Shown here one piece after another: positions 43,341-55,798 of a stretch of DNA of 64,000 nucleotides. A program made the position numbers and the translations under genes. The number at the start of each line of letters is the position of its first letter. The stretch's first letter is position 1. The stretch lies in NCBI RefSeq assembly GCF_058153355.1, contig NZ_CM177019.1, one strand, 5' to 3'. The notes beneath the pieces were generated by a model, which was given only the letters and a program-made list of their open reading frames with translations, did no database searches and was not told where the DNA came from.

Positions 43341-44765
43341 TTACTGCATTAACAGATAGATGGTGCTGTCGCCGCGCTGAATATTCAGTGCCAGCACAGA
43401 CGGTTTGCTGTCGAGAACTTTACGCAGTTCAGCGATGTTTTTCACTGCCTGCTGGTTCGCACCAATAATCACATCACCTTTCTTCAGGCCGATCTGCGCA
43501 GCCGGAGTGCCCGTTTTCACGTTGTTCACCACCACGCCCTGATCTTTGCCTTTGTTGCTCATCTCAGCGCCTTCAATGCCGTTGAAGATGGTGCTGGAAT
43601 CAACCTGATTCTGGCTGCTCTGCTGCAGTTCCAGGTTCACGTTAACCTGCTTCCCGTCGCGCAGTAAGCCCAGGGTCAGTTTGCTGCCTACCGGCATAGT
43701 GCCCACCTGAGCACGCAGTGCGGCAAAGCTGCTGATTGGCTTACCGTTCAGTGAGGTGATCACATCACCCGCTTTAATGCCCGCTTTCGCGGCGGAAGAG
43801 TTCGGCAGAACCTGGCTTACGAAAGCACCGCGCTGGGCGTCAACTTTCATCGCTTTCGCCAGATCGGAGTTCAGCTCAGTCCCCATAATACCCAGCTCAC
43901 CGCGTTTCACCTGGCCGTATTCCACCATCTGCGAGGTCAGGTTTTTCACCATGTTGCTCGGGATAGCAAAACCGATACCGATGTTTCCGCCGTCCGGTGC
44001 GAGGATCGCGGTGTTGATACCAATCAGTTCGCCGTTCAGGTTAACCAGCGCGCCACCAGAGTTACCCCGGTTGATCGCTGCATCGGTCTGGATGAAGTTT
44101 TCGTAGTTTTCAGCGTTCAGGCCGCTACGTCCCAGCGCAGAGACAATCCCGGAAGTTACTGTCTCGCCCAGGCCGAACGGGTTACCAATTGCTACGGTGT
44201 AATCACCCACGCGCAGTGCATCAGAATCCGCCATCTTAATTGCGGTCAGGTTTTTCGGATTCTGGATCTGGATCAGCGCGATATCAGAGCGCGGATCTTT
44301 GCCAACCATCTTCGCGTCGAACTTACGACCATCGCTCAGCTGGACTTTAATCACCGTCGCGTTATCAACAACGTGGTTGTTGGTGACGACATAGCCTTTA
44401 TCGGCATCAATGATGACGCCGGAACCCAGCGCCATGAATTTTTGTTGCTGGCCGCCGCCATTACCGCCCTGGCCCCCCTGGCAGAACGGAGAGCTCTGGA
44501 ACGGAGAACCTTCCTGGCAGAACGGAGAATCATCACCGAAGAACTGCTGGAAATTACGCGGCATACGCGGCGTATTAACGGTTGTGCTACCTTCTACGTT
44601 AATGCTGACCACTGAAGGCATCACCTTTTCGAGCATTGGTGCAAGGCTTGGTATCTGCTGGGCTGTCGTTGCTGAAGAAGTCTCAGCCGCCGTTGCAGAG
44701 AGCGGAGATAACGCCAAACCTAAACTCAGAGCCAGTGCACTCAGTGCTAATGTGGTTTTTTTCAT
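43341..44765 (-). CDS. degP: periplasmic serine endoprotease/chaperone DegP (HtrA)
   Basis: 474-aa ORF with signal peptide, trypsin-like protease domain (GNSGGAL) and two PDZ domains; recognised as DegP. Confidence 0.96.
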   Translation of the reverse strand: MKKTTLALSALALSLGLALSPLSATAAETSSATTAQQIPSLAPMLEKVMPSVVSINVEGSTTVNTPRMPRNFQQFFGDDSPFCQEGSPFQSSPFCQGGQGGNGGGQQQKFMALGSGVIIDADKGYVVTNNHVVDNATVIKVQLSDGRKFDAKMVGKDPRSDIALIQIQNPKNLTAIKMADSDALRVGDYTVAIGNPFGLGETVTSGIVSALGRSGLNAENYENFIQTDAAINRGNSGGALVNLNGELIGINTAILAPDGGNIGIGFAIPSNMVKNLTSQMVEYGQVKRGELGIMGTELNSDLAKAMKVDAQRGAFVSQVLPNSSAAKAGIKAGDVITSLNGKPISSFAALRAQVGTMPVGSKLTLGLLRDGKQVNVNLELQQSSQNQVDSSTIFNGIEGAEMSNKGKDQGVVVNNVKTGTPAAQIGLKKGDVIIGANQQAVKNIAELRKVLDSKPSVLALNIQRGDSTIYLLMQ

Positions 44766-44810
44766 GTATTTCAGTCTCGATTAACAGATAACGCAAAATT
44801 GCTGTGTTCT

Positions 44811-44838
44811 TCAGATTCGTTTTATAGCGCGAAGTTCC
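44811..44838 (-). promoter_or_regulatory. sigma-E-type promoter of degP (-35 GGAACTT, -10 TCTGA)
   Basis: Reverse complement reads cGGAACTTcgcgctataaaacgaaTCTGAag, matching the sigma-E consensus GGAACTT-N16-TCTGA, about 50-75 bp upstream of degP start. Confidence 0.7.
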
Positions 44839-44894
44839 GAACTAAAGTTTCTGCAAAAAGTAAAAATTTATTGTCCGTCTTTACAAAAGCCTGG

Positions 44895-46412
44895 TTATTG
44901 TTCTACGGCCATCAGACGTCGGTATTCATCCCACGCATAGAGGTCGGTCATACCGCTGATATAATCCTGTAGCAGGCGGCAGCGGTAATAATATTCCCAT
45001 AGCGGAAACTCAGGAGAATCTGACGGTAATTTACTGACAGCCTCGACATAGGCCAGCCGATGGCGCGTCGAGAGTTTGTGGAATAAGCGCGATTCAATAG
45101 GGAAACGTTTCACCCGTTCTTTTTCTACCAATTCAGTAAAGTCTGATAACGACAGGCTTAATAAAGGGCGATAAATCTCTAATAATCCGCTAATGACCCG
45201 ATAGCCCTGCAATTCAAGCTGCTCGACATCTGGATGGCTAAACACATGTTTTACAGCGACATTTTTATATAGCTTTAGAAGATCGCTGCATTCGCTGGCA
45301 TCTTCCAATAATGCATGATTAAACGTTCCGGCGAAAATCGCAGGCAGATTATCAATAAATCGTTGTGCCGCGTAGGGTACCAGTTTATTTAGGGTGTTTA
45401 CCCGTAAATACATAAAAAACTGATCTTCCGTACTGCGGCTTAAACTATTTGAGCGTGATTTTTCCCAGGCATTTTCAACCACCAGCGAAAAGAGCGAACC
45501 TTTCTCATGCTGGCCCCACGCTTCGTGCAAATGATGATAAAGCTGCTCAACGCTGAATATTCTTTTCTCTACCGCATCTTCAAGATCTGCCACACAATAG
45601 GAGATGTCGTCGGCAGCTTCCATAATCCACGTTAATGGAAAACGACTGTAAAGCGCCAAATTAAGTTCTTTACGCAACCGGGCAATATAGGCTTCTTCAG
45701 AAAGATAATAACCCGGCTTTTTCATTAAATAGTGATGTGTCTCAGGCGTTTCACCACGCCACCACGCCGGACGAGTATATTTTAAAATACCGCCAACCTG
45801 TGCCCAGGTGAGATTCATCCGCATCAATGTATGCACCAGACGAATGCCTTGTGCATTCCCCTCAAAATGACATAAGTCCTGACGTATTTTGCGCCGCAGC
45901 TCGTTAAGCGGTTCTTCCCCTTCCCGTAAACGTAATGCCGCCACGCTGCAGCGATCGTCAGTCAGAGGCTGGCTTTCGGCATCAGCCGGAAACAAACGCT
46001 GGCGAAACCAGTCATTTATCGCCGCTTCACCAAAATGACCAAACGGCGGATTGCCGATATCGTGCATCAGGCATGACATCTCAACAATACTTTCAAAGGG
46101 GCCGGTCAGTTCATCCAGACCATAATCTTCCAGTAATTTAAGCTCTTTCAGACGGCTTAAAATTTCTTTGGCGATGTAGCGCCCCACCTGCTGGACTTCC
46201 ATTGAATGGGTTAGACGCGTGCGCACGGCGGCATTTCGCTCCAGCGGAAAAACCTGGGTCTTTTGTTGCAGACGACGAATTGCCGGAGAGTTGATAATAC
46301 GCCCACGATCGCTCTCAAAGATTCGCAGGATCTCATGTTCGGTTTTAACGCCCTGTGGTGAACGGTAACGACGATGCCAGTTTATTTTTTTTCGGAAATC
46401 AATCTGTGCCAT
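44895..46412 (-). CDS. dgt: deoxyguanosinetriphosphate triphosphohydrolase
   Basis: 505-aa ORF with HD-domain motifs; recognised as Dgt. Confidence 0.95.
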   Translation of the reverse strand: MAQIDFRKKINWHRRYRSPQGVKTEHEILRIFESDRGRIINSPAIRRLQQKTQVFPLERNAAVRTRLTHSMEVQQVGRYIAKEILSRLKELKLLEDYGLDELTGPFESIVEMSCLMHDIGNPPFGHFGEAAINDWFRQRLFPADAESQPLTDDRCSVAALRLREGEEPLNELRRKIRQDLCHFEGNAQGIRLVHTLMRMNLTWAQVGGILKYTRPAWWRGETPETHHYLMKKPGYYLSEEAYIARLRKELNLALYSRFPLTWIMEAADDISYCVADLEDAVEKRIFSVEQLYHHLHEAWGQHEKGSLFSLVVENAWEKSRSNSLSRSTEDQFFMYLRVNTLNKLVPYAAQRFIDNLPAIFAGTFNHALLEDASECSDLLKLYKNVAVKHVFSHPDVEQLELQGYRVISGLLEIYRPLLSLSLSDFTELVEKERVKRFPIESRLFHKLSTRHRLAYVEAVSKLPSDSPEFPLWEYYYRCRLLQDYISGMTDLYAWDEYRRLMAVEQ

Positions 46413-46495
46413 GTCCTCTCCCGCGTGAGAAATACGCTTCCCCGTAAGCGCATGGTAAACTATGCCTTCAAATCGGGCTTATCGCGAGTAAATCT

Positions 46496-47194
46496 ATGAA
46501 AATCGGCATCATTGGTGCAATGGAAGAAGAAGTTACGCTGCTGCGTGACAAAATCGAAAACCGCCAAACTATCAGTCTGGGCGGTTGCGAAATCTATACC
46601 GGCCAACTGAATGGAACCGAAGTTGCGCTTCTGAAATCGGGCATCGGTAAAGTTGCTGCGGCACTGGGTGCAACTCTGCTGTTGGAACACTGCAAGCCAG
46701 ATGTGATTATTAACACCGGTTCTGCCGGTGGCCTGGCGCCAACGCTGAAAGTGGGCGATATCGTTGTCTCGGACGAAGCACGTTATCACGACGCGGATGT
46801 CACGGCATTTGGTTACGAATACGGTCAGTTACCTGGCTGCCCGGCTGGCTTCAAAGCTGACGATAAACTGATCGCTGCCGCTGAGGCCTGCATTGCCGAA
46901 CTGAATCTTAACGCTGTACGTGGCCTGATTGTCAGCGGCGACGCTTTCATCAACGGTTCTGTTGGCCTGGCGAAAATCCGCCACAACTTCCCGCAGGCCA
47001 TTGCTGTAGAGATGGAAGCGACGGCAATCGCTCATGTCTGCCACAATTTCAACGTCCCGTTTGTTGTCGTACGCGCCATCTCCGACGTGGCCGATCAACA
47101 GTCTCATCTTAGCTTCGATGAGTTCCTGGCTGTTGCTGCTAAACAGTCCAGCCTGATGGTTGAGTCACTGGTGCAGAAACTGGCACATGGCTAA
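46496..47194 (+). CDS. mtn: 5'-methylthioadenosine/S-adenosylhomocysteine nucleosidase
   Basis: 232-aa ORF starting [13 protein letters not shown]; recognised as Mtn (Pfs). Confidence 0.96.
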   Translation: MKIGIIGAMEEEVTLLRDKIENRQTISLGGCEIYTGQLNGTEVALLKSGIGKVAAALGATLLLEHCKPDVIINTGSAGGLAPTLKVGDIVVSDEARYHDADVTAFGYEYGQLPGCPAGFKADDKLIAAAEACIAELNLNAVRGLIVSGDAFINGSVGLAKIRHNFPQAIAVEMEATAIAHVCHNFNVPFVVVRAISDVADQQSHLSFDEFLAVAAKQSSLMVESLVQKLAHG

Positions 47195-47987
47195 GTCACT
47201 GTTCAGGGCGCTGGTCGCCCTGTCTTTTCTCGCCCCTCTGTGGCTCAACGCCGCACCGCGCGTCATCACGCTTTCACCCGCCAACACTGAACTTGCTTTT
47301 GCCGCCGGGATCACGCCGGTTGGGGTCAGCAGTTATTCCGACTACCCTCCACAAGCGCAAAAGATTGAGCAGGTTTCAACCTGGCAGGGGATGAATCTCG
47401 AACGCATTGTGGCCCTTAAACCCGATCTGGTGATTGCCTGGCGTGGAGGTAATGCCGAGCGGCAGGTTGACCAGTTAGCTTCGCTGGGAATAAAAGTGAT
47501 GTGGGTCGATGCGACAAGCATTGAACAAATTGCCAATGCGTTACGTCAACTGGCCCCCTGGAGCCCACAACCGGACAAGGCTGAACAAGCCGCGCAATCC
47601 CTGCTGGACCAGTACGCACAATTGAAAGCGCAATATGCTGATAAACCTAAAAAACGTGTTTTTCTGCAATTCGGCATTAATCCGCCATTTACCAGTGGAA
47701 AAGAATCGATTCAAAACCAGGTACTCGAAGTTTGTGGCGGAGAAAACATCTTTAAAGATAGCCGGGTTCCCTGGCCGCAAGTTAGCCGCGAACAGGTGTT
47801 AGCACGCGCGCCACAGGCAATTGTCATTACCGGCGGACCGGACCAAATTCCTAAAATCAAACAATACTGGGGCGAACAGCTCAAAATTCCCGTTATTCCT
47901 CTCACGAGTGACTGGTTTGAACGTGCAAGCCCACGTATTATCCTCGCTGCACAACAGCTCTGTAATGCGCTTTCACAGGTAGATTAG
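47187..47987 (+). CDS. btuF: vitamin B12 ABC transporter periplasmic binding protein
   Basis: ORF track starts 47160; recognised BtuF starts [22 protein letters not shown] (266 aa), overlapping mtn stop by 8 bp. Confidence 0.93.
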   Translation: MAKSLFRALVALSFLAPLWLNAAPRVITLSPANTELAFAAGITPVGVSSYSDYPPQAQKIEQVSTWQGMNLERIVALKPDLVIAWRGGNAERQVDQLASLGIKVMWVDATSIEQIANALRQLAPWSPQPDKAEQAAQSLLDQYAQLKAQYADKPKKRVFLQFGINPPFTSGKESIQNQVLEVCGGENIFKDSRVPWPQVSREQVLARAPQAIVITGGPDQIPKIKQYWGEQLKIPVIPLTSDWFERASPRIILAAQQLCNALSQVD

Positions 47988-48024
47988 CGCCTGACCTTTT
48001 CAGGTGCTCAGTGGGGATTGAACA

Positions 48025-48648
48025 ATGCTCGTCTATTGGCTGGATATAGTCGGCACAGCGGTATTTGCCATCTCCGGCGTTTTGTTAGCCGGAAAATTGC
48101 GTATGGACCCTTTTGGTGTTCTGGTACTGGGCGTGGTTACCGCAGTAGGCGGCGGAACAATTCGCGACATGGCGCTGGATCACGGCCCGGTATTTTGGGT
48201 GAAAGATCCCACCGATCTGGTCGTTGCAATGGTAACCAGCATGCTGACGATCGTGCTGGTGCGCCAGCCAAGACGCTTACCGAAATGGATGTTGCCGGTG
48301 CTGGATGCCGTTGGTCTGGCGGTGTTTGTCGGCATTGGCGTGAATAAAGCCTTTAATGCGGAAGCCGGTCCGTTGATCGCGGTTTGTATGGGCGTCATTA
48401 CTGGCGTTGGCGGCGGGATCATTCGTGATGTACTGGCCCGCGAAATCCCCATGATTTTACGCACAGAAATCTACGCAACGGCCTGTATTATCGGCGGTAT
48501 TGTCCACGCTACGGCTTATTACACATTTTCCGTGCCCCTGGAAACAGCCAGTATGATGGGCATGGTCGTGACGCTATTGATTCGACTGGCGGCTATTCGT
48601 TGGCATCTTAAGCTACCGACGTTTGCGCTGGATGAGAATGGGCGTTGA
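48025..48648 (+). CDS. yadS: UPF0126 inner-membrane protein YadS
   Basis: 207-aa hydrophobic ORF with duplicated glycine-rich membrane motif; recognised as YadS. Confidence 0.88.
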   Translation: MLVYWLDIVGTAVFAISGVLLAGKLRMDPFGVLVLGVVTAVGGGTIRDMALDHGPVFWVKDPTDLVVAMVTSMLTIVLVRQPRRLPKWMLPVLDAVGLAVFVGIGVNKAFNAEAGPLIAVCMGVITGVGGGIIRDVLAREIPMILRTEIYATACIIGGIVHATAYYTFSVPLETASMMGMVVTLLIRLAAIRWHLKLPTFALDENGR

Positions 48649-48659
48649 AGAGAGGAGAT

Positions 48660-48683
48660 GTGCCGGATAGCTTATCCGGCACA
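48660..48683. repeat. palindromic REP-like element / bidirectional terminator between yadS and erpA
   Basis: GTGCCGGATA-gct-TATCCGGCAC, perfect 10-bp inverted repeat. Confidence 0.6.
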
Positions 48684-48694
48684 CGAATAAGAGA

Positions 48695-49039
48695 TTAGAT
48701 GCTGAAGGAAGAACCGCAACCGCAGGTGCTTTTCGCGTTCGGGTTGGTCACGATGAAACGAGAACCTTCCAGACCTTCGGTATAGTCAACGGAACCGCCG
48801 ACCAGATATTGCAGGCTCATCGGGTCAACCACTAGGCCTACGCCCTGTTTTTCGATGGTCATATCGCCTTCGTTCACCTGATCATCAAAGGTGAAACCAT
48901 ACTGGAAGCCGCTACAACCGCCACCGGTGATATACACGCGTAATTTCAGATTCGGGTTATCTTCGTCAGCGATCAGGCTTTTAACTTTGTTGGCTGCTGC
49001 GTCGGTAAACTCCAGCGGCAGTGCTACGTCATCACTCAT
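48695..49039 (-). CDS. erpA: iron-sulfur cluster insertion protein ErpA
   Basis: ORF track 48695-49072; recognised ErpA starts [19 protein letters not shown] (114 aa); C-terminal CGCGSSF. Confidence 0.93.
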
Positions 49040-49120
49040 ATTTTGCTCCAAACGACATCGGCAATTGGGCAAATTCTAACCCAATAATAATCGCCATTAT
49101 CTAATACCCTGGTATTTCGT

Positions 49121-50560
<1,440 letters not shown>

Positions 50561-50766
50561 TCATACAAATAAGATGACGGCATTTTACTCGCACGTTCCA
50601 TGAAAATCCTTTGCAAAGCGTAATGTTTCAAATGCACAAAACTTTTATACTCTAAGAAATCAGGATTGTACCAGTACAAGCAACCTGACGTTTGACGAGT
50701 ATTTAACTTGTTATGAATAACATAGAATAGCAGCCATTCACTTTTTCTACGAATCAGGAACCCTCC

Positions 50767-52047
50767 ATGAGTAAGTCTGAAAATCTATACAGCGCAGCGC
50801 GCGAGCTGATCCCTGGCGGTGTGAACTCCCCTGTTCGCGCCTTTACTGGCGTGGGCGGCACTCCACTGTTTATCGAAAAAGCGGACGGTGCTTATCTGTA
50901 CGATGTTGATGGCAAAGCCTATATCGATTATGTCGGTTCCTGGGGGCCGATGGTGCTGGGCCATAACCATCCGGCGATCCGCAATGCCGTGATTGAAGCC
51001 GCCGAGCGTGGTTTAAGCTTTGGGGCACCGACCGAAATGGAAGTGAAAATGGCGCAACTGGTGACCGAACTGGTCCCGACCATGGATATGGTGCGCATGG
51101 TGAACTCCGGCACTGAAGCGACAATGAGTGCCATCCGCCTGGCCCGCGGTTTTACCGGTCGCGACAAAATCATTAAATTTGAAGGTTGTTACCACGGTCA
51201 CGCTGACTGCCTGCTGGTAAAAGCCGGTTCTGGCGCACTCACGTTAGGCCAGCCAAACTCGCCGGGCGTTCCGGCAGATTTTGCCAAACATACCTTAACC
51301 TGTACTTATAACGATCTGGCTTCTGTACGCGCCGCGTTTGAGCAATACCCGCAAGAGATTGCCTGTATTATCGTCGAGCCGGTGGCAGGCAATATGAACT
51401 GTGTTCCGCCGCTGCCAGAGTTCCTGCCGGGTCTGCGTGCGCTGTGTGACGAATTTGGCGCGTTGCTGATCATCGATGAAGTGATGACCGGTTTCCGCGT
51501 GGCGCTGGCTGGCGCGCAGGATTATTACGACGTGGTGCCAGACCTCACCTGCCTGGGCAAAATCATCGGCGGTGGAATGCCGGTAGGCGCATTCGGTGGT
51601 CGTCGTGATGTGATGGATGCGCTGGCCCCAACCGGTCCGGTCTACCAGGCGGGTACGCTTTCCGGTAACCCGATTGCGATGGCAGCCGGTTTCGCCTGTC
51701 TGAATGAAGTCGCGCAGCCGGGCGTTCACGAGACGCTGGATGAGCTGACAACACGTCTGGCAGAAGGTCTGCTGGAAGCGGCAGAAGAAGCGGGAATTCC
51801 ATTGGTCGTTAACCACGTTGGCGGCATGTTCGGTATTTTCTTTACCGACGCCGAGTCCGTGACGTGCTATCAGGATGTGATGGCCTGCGACGTCGAGCGC
51901 TTTAAGCGTTTCTTCCATATGATGCTGGACGAAGGTGTTTACCTGGCACCGTCAGCGTTTGAAGCGGGCTTTATGTCTGTGGCGCACAGCATGGAAGATA
52001 TCAATAACACCATCGATGCTGCACGTCGGGTGTTTGCGAAGTTGTAA
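50767..52047 (+). CDS. hemL: glutamate-1-semialdehyde 2,1-aminomutase
   Basis: 426-aa ORF; recognised as HemL. Confidence 0.96.
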   Translation: MSKSENLYSAARELIPGGVNSPVRAFTGVGGTPLFIEKADGAYLYDVDGKAYIDYVGSWGPMVLGHNHPAIRNAVIEAAERGLSFGAPTEMEVKMAQLVTELVPTMDMVRMVNSGTEATMSAIRLARGFTGRDKIIKFEGCYHGHADCLLVKAGSGALTLGQPNSPGVPADFAKHTLTCTYNDLASVRAAFEQYPQEIACIIVEPVAGNMNCVPPLPEFLPGLRALCDEFGALLIIDEVMTGFRVALAGAQDYYDVVPDLTCLGKIIGGGMPVGAFGGRRDVMDALAPTGPVYQAGTLSGNPIAMAAGFACLNEVAQPGVHETLDELTTRLAEGLLEAAEEAGIPLVVNHVGGMFGIFFTDAESVTCYQDVMACDVERFKRFFHMMLDEGVYLAPSAFEAGFMSVAHSMEDINNTIDAARRVFAKL

Positions 52048-52053
52048 TGATTT

Positions 52054-52082
52054 TGCCTCGCCCACCGGGCGAGGCATTTTAT
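52054..52082. terminator. bidirectional terminator between convergent hemL and fhuB
   Basis: TGCCTCGCCC-acc-GGGCGAGGCA (10-bp stem) followed by TTTT; the whole intergenic region is only 34 bp. Confidence 0.8.
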
Positions 52083-54064
52083 TAACGGCTCTGCTTTCTC
52101 AACAAATAGATAAAATACGGCGCGCCGATAAAGGTCGACAGCAGCCCCGCTGGGATCTGGAATGGAAACAGCACCATCCGCCCACACCAGTCAGCGAACA
52201 CCAGCAACAATCCCCCCACCAGCGCCGAAATCACAATATGCGGCATCGTCCGTCGAAAGCCCATCATCCGCGCAATATGCGGTGCCATTAAACCAACAAA
52301 ACTCAACGGTCCAATGGTCATTGTCGCGGTCGCCGTCAGGCAAGCCGCTAACAGCAGCAGCGCAATTCGCGTCGGCGTCAGCGCCATTCCCACGGCTCGT
52401 GCGGTATCACCTCCCAGCGGTAAAATGGTCAGCCAGCGGCGGCACAGCGGGGTAATCGCCAGCAAAATCACCATCACAATTCCGGTGCGCCAGACCTGCG
52501 CATCGGTCGCGTTGTAGGTCGAACCGGAAATCCAGGTCAGAACTTGCGCCATTCGCGGGTCACCACTTGCCTGCAACATCATCAAAAGCATGGTGAACGC
52601 GGTACTTAAGGCCATCCCCGCCAGTAACATGCGGTGTGGGGAAAATCCACCGCGTCCGGCAGCGATCATAATGATCAACAGCGTCACCGCCGCGCCGAAA
52701 CTGCCCGCGGGTAACAGCCAGCCAAAGGCATTACCCGGCACCAAAAACAGCATCAACACCACACCAAACGCCGCGCCGGAACTAATCCCCAGCACTTCCG
52801 GGCTTGCCATCGGGTTGCCGGTCAGCCGCTGAATAATACAGCCCGCCACCGCCAGCATGACGCCCGCAAACAGCGCCGCCATAATTCGCGGCCAGCGCCA
52901 AGGCATCAAATCCTCGAGCAACGCCCCGCTCGCCCACGTCCAGCCGTGCGCATCACGACCAAACGACAGCGCCACCACCACAGCCATCAACAGCAGCACG
53001 CCGCCCGCGAGGGCAAACGCCAGCACATGTTGGCGTTCAGCAGCGACACGATCGTTCACCTTCATATCCGGCGCGCTAATGCAGCGTAAACGCGGCAGCA
53101 GCCACAGCAGCAGCGGCGCACCGATGAGCGCAGTGACCGAACCGGTAGAAACTTCCATCCACACGCGAGTCAGCCAGAGGATGATTTGATCGGAAAGCCA
53201 GAGGATCAGCGCACCAATCAGTGACGCCAGCAGCAGTCTTGGCAGCAGACGCCGCGCCCCCAGCATTTTTGCCAGCAGCGGCGCGAACAACCCGATAAAG
53301 CCGATAATCCCCACCGCGTTCACCAGCAGCGCACTGATGACTATCGCCAGCGACAGCGCCGCCAGACGCGCGAGCGACAAGGCCAGCCCGAGATTGCGCG
53401 CCACGCCATCATCAAGCCCCATCAGGGTTAACGGACGAAGTAGCAGTAACGTCAGCATCACGCCGCCCAGCAACTGCGGCCATAAACGCTCAACGCCACC
53501 CCAGTCGGTTTGCGTCAGCGTTCCGGTGCTCCACAGGAACATGCTTTGTAGCTGGTCGTGATGGAAGATAACCAGTAACTGATTGATTGCCCCGCAATAA
53601 AGGCTCACCACAAGCCCCGCGAGGATCAGCGTTACCGGAGAAAGCCGTTTCCCCCACGCGACGCCAAAGACAATTAAGCCAACCACACAAGCCCCTGCCA
53701 ATGCAGCAAACTGGCTCGCCATCGCACCAGGGATCGCCCAGAGTGTAGTGACAGTAATTCCCAGTTGCGCACCAGTTGCGACGCCCAACGTGGTCGGCTC
53801 CGCCAGCGGGTTACGCAGCACTTGCTGAAATAGCACGCCCACCAGCCCCAGACCCGCGCCCACCAGCAGCGAAATCGCCAGACGCGGCAGCAAGCTGTAG
53901 TGAAAAATCATCTGCTCGATGACGTCAATATCCGGCGACCAGGCAGCCTGCGCCCACTGGCTACGCGGCAGCGCCTGAGAGAAGTTCATCCAGGTGAGCA
54001 CCGCTGCGGCAACCACCAACAGCGCCAGCAATAATGCCGGGAAAAGCGCAATACGTTTACTCAC
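52082..54064 (-). CDS. fhuB: ferric hydroxamate ABC transporter permease
   Basis: 660-aa ORF, duplicated permease; recognised as FhuB. Confidence 0.95.
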   Translation of the reverse strand: MSKRIALFPALLLALLVVAAAVLTWMNFSQALPRSQWAQAAWSPDIDVIEQMIFHYSLLPRLAISLLVGAGLGLVGVLFQQVLRNPLAEPTTLGVATGAQLGITVTTLWAIPGAMASQFAALAGACVVGLIVFGVAWGKRLSPVTLILAGLVVSLYCGAINQLLVIFHHDQLQSMFLWSTGTLTQTDWGGVERLWPQLLGGVMLTLLLLRPLTLMGLDDGVARNLGLALSLARLAALSLAIVISALLVNAVGIIGFIGLFAPLLAKMLGARRLLPRLLLASLIGALILWLSDQIILWLTRVWMEVSTGSVTALIGAPLLLWLLPRLRCISAPDMKVNDRVAAERQHVLAFALAGGVLLLMAVVVALSFGRDAHGWTWASGALLEDLMPWRWPRIMAALFAGVMLAVAGCIIQRLTGNPMASPEVLGISSGAAFGVVLMLFLVPGNAFGWLLPAGSFGAAVTLLIIMIAAGRGGFSPHRMLLAGMALSTAFTMLLMMLQASGDPRMAQVLTWISGSTYNATDAQVWRTGIVMVILLAITPLCRRWLTILPLGGDTARAVGMALTPTRIALLLLAACLTATATMTIGPLSFVGLMAPHIARMMGFRRTMPHIVISALVGGLLLVFADWCGRMVLFPFQIPAGLLSTFIGAPYFIYLLRKQSR

Positions 54065-54951
54065 GCTTTACCTCCGATGGCGTTATCCAGAATACGCACA
54101 AAGTGCATTGCCGAGAGCGTCGCACCATAAAACCAGACTGCAGGTACGCGCTGAAAGCGTCCGGCACGGACAAACGGCATGGCCTGCCACAGCGGGGTTG
54201 CCATTAGTGCGTCCATGTCTTTGCTGTTGTCGTGATCAAAACAGAGCACATCAACGTCCTTATACGCTGCCAGACGATCGATACTGACGGCAGTACTGCC
54301 CCAGAAGTTGGTTTCCCCTTGCCAGGCATTTGGGATGCCGTACCCATCAAGAATTTCCTGGAACAAGCTGTTTGGACCGAAGACCAGCATATGGCGCGGA
54401 TCGATAAGTGTCGTCAGTAATAACGGACGCGCACCACGCTTCACAAAGCGGGGTTTCATGCTGCGGATAAAGTCTTCATAGTGCGCTAAATGCGTTTCTG
54501 CTGCGCTTTGCAGGTTAAGTAAATCTGCCATTTCCGTCAGCGATTTACGCGCCATCGCCAGCGGCTGTTTGCCGTCGCTGAAGTTAAATCCGCGCCCAGG
54601 CGCAATGCGTGCCAGCATTTCTGGTGAAGGGCCATACCCTGCCGACCAGACCATAAACGACGGCTTCATTTCGGTCAGCAGTTCAAGGTTAGGTTCTGTC
54701 CGCAAACCGACGTCAATCACCGATTCAGGTAATGGCGGTTCGCTGACCCACAGGCGATAGTTGATGGTATCCGCCACGCCGTAAGGTACGATGCCGAGCG
54801 CCAGCAGTAATTCCACCGGCAACCACTCCAGCGCCACAATACGATTGGGATCAATAGCCGCCGCGCGGGCGGTATTCATCTGCCATAACAACGGAGAAAG
54901 CGCCATCGCCGTTAACAGTCGACGGCGCGAAATAAGAGGTAAGCCGCTCAT
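54061..54951 (-). CDS. fhuD: ferric hydroxamate periplasmic binding protein
   Basis: ORF track 54061-54954; recognised FhuD starts MSGLPLISRRRLLTAMAL (296 aa, Tat-like signal). Confidence 0.93.
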   Translation of the reverse strand: MSGLPLISRRRLLTAMALSPLLWQMNTARAAAIDPNRIVALEWLPVELLLALGIVPYGVADTINYRLWVSEPPLPESVIDVGLRTEPNLELLTEMKPSFMVWSAGYGPSPEMLARIAPGRGFNFSDGKQPLAMARKSLTEMADLLNLQSAAETHLAHYEDFIRSMKPRFVKRGARPLLLTTLIDPRHMLVFGPNSLFQEILDGYGIPNAWQGETNFWGSTAVSIDRLAAYKDVDVLCFDHDNSKDMDALMATPLWQAMPFVRAGRFQRVPAVWFYGATLSAMHFVRILDNAIGGKA

Positions 54952-55748
54952 CAATAAACAAAACTCACAGGTGCAGCACCCGCCGGATGCGGCAAAATAC
55001 CCATCGGGATGCCATAAATCATTTCGAGGGTTTCGCCGCGCATAATTTCCGCAGGCGTTCCCTGAGCAATCATTTCACCGCCGCGCAGGGCGACCAGATA
55101 ATCACAGTAACGCGCTGCCATATTGATATCGTGCAGTACGGCAATGACCGTCAGACCACGTTCCTGACTTAAACGGTGCACCAGCGCCAGCACATCAACC
55201 TGGTGGGCGATATCCAGCGCCGAGGTCGGTTCGTCCAGCAACAGACAACGGCTATCCTGCGCCACCAGCATGGCGATCCACGCCCGCTGACGTTCACCGC
55301 CTGAGAGGCTATCGACCAGCCGATGCGCCAGCGGTTTTAAGCCAACCAGCGAGATAGCCTCTTCGACCTTTTCGCGATCTGCCGCGCCAAAGCGCCCCAG
55401 CGCGCCATGCCACGGGTAACGACCAATCGCCACCAGTTCACGCACCGTCATCCCTTCTGCCGGAGGAAGCTGCTGCGGCAAATAAGCCACTTTGCGAGCA
55501 AACGCTTTGCTGCTCCAGCTTTCCAGTGGCTGGGCATCAAGAAGAATCTCCCCTTCCGACGGCGGTTGGTGACGGCCAAGCATTTTGAGCAGAGTGGATT
55601 TACCAGAACCGTTGTGACCAATCAGACCGGTCACTTTCCCGGCAGGAAAGGTTAACGACAGCGGATGCAAAAGCGTGCGCCCGGGCACACGAAAGGAGAT
55701 ATTACGCAGTGCAAAAGTGGTATCGGAATGATTCGTGTATTCCTGCAT
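54951..55748 (-). CDS. fhuC: ferric hydroxamate ABC transporter ATP-binding protein
   Basis: ORF track 54951-55790; recognised FhuC starts MQEYTNHSDTTFALRNISFRV (265 aa); Walker A GHNGSGKST. Confidence 0.93.
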   Translation of the reverse strand: MQEYTNHSDTTFALRNISFRVPGRTLLHPLSLTFPAGKVTGLIGHNGSGKSTLLKMLGRHQPPSEGEILLDAQPLESWSSKAFARKVAYLPQQLPPAEGMTVRELVAIGRYPWHGALGRFGAADREKVEEAISLVGLKPLAHRLVDSLSGGERQRAWIAMLVAQDSRCLLLDEPTSALDIAHQVDVLALVHRLSQERGLTVIAVLHDINMAARYCDYLVALRGGEMIAQGTPAEIMRGETLEMIYGIPMGILPHPAGAAPVSFVY

Positions 55749-55798
55749 AACAGCCAACTTGTGAAACGGGCACGGAAATCCGTGCCCCAAAAGAGAAA

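Noticed and set aside
46460-46789. 109-aa minus-strand ORF overlapping the 5' end of mtn
   Set aside because: Antisense to the recognised mtn coding sequence with no ribosome-binding site or domain signal; treated as spurious.
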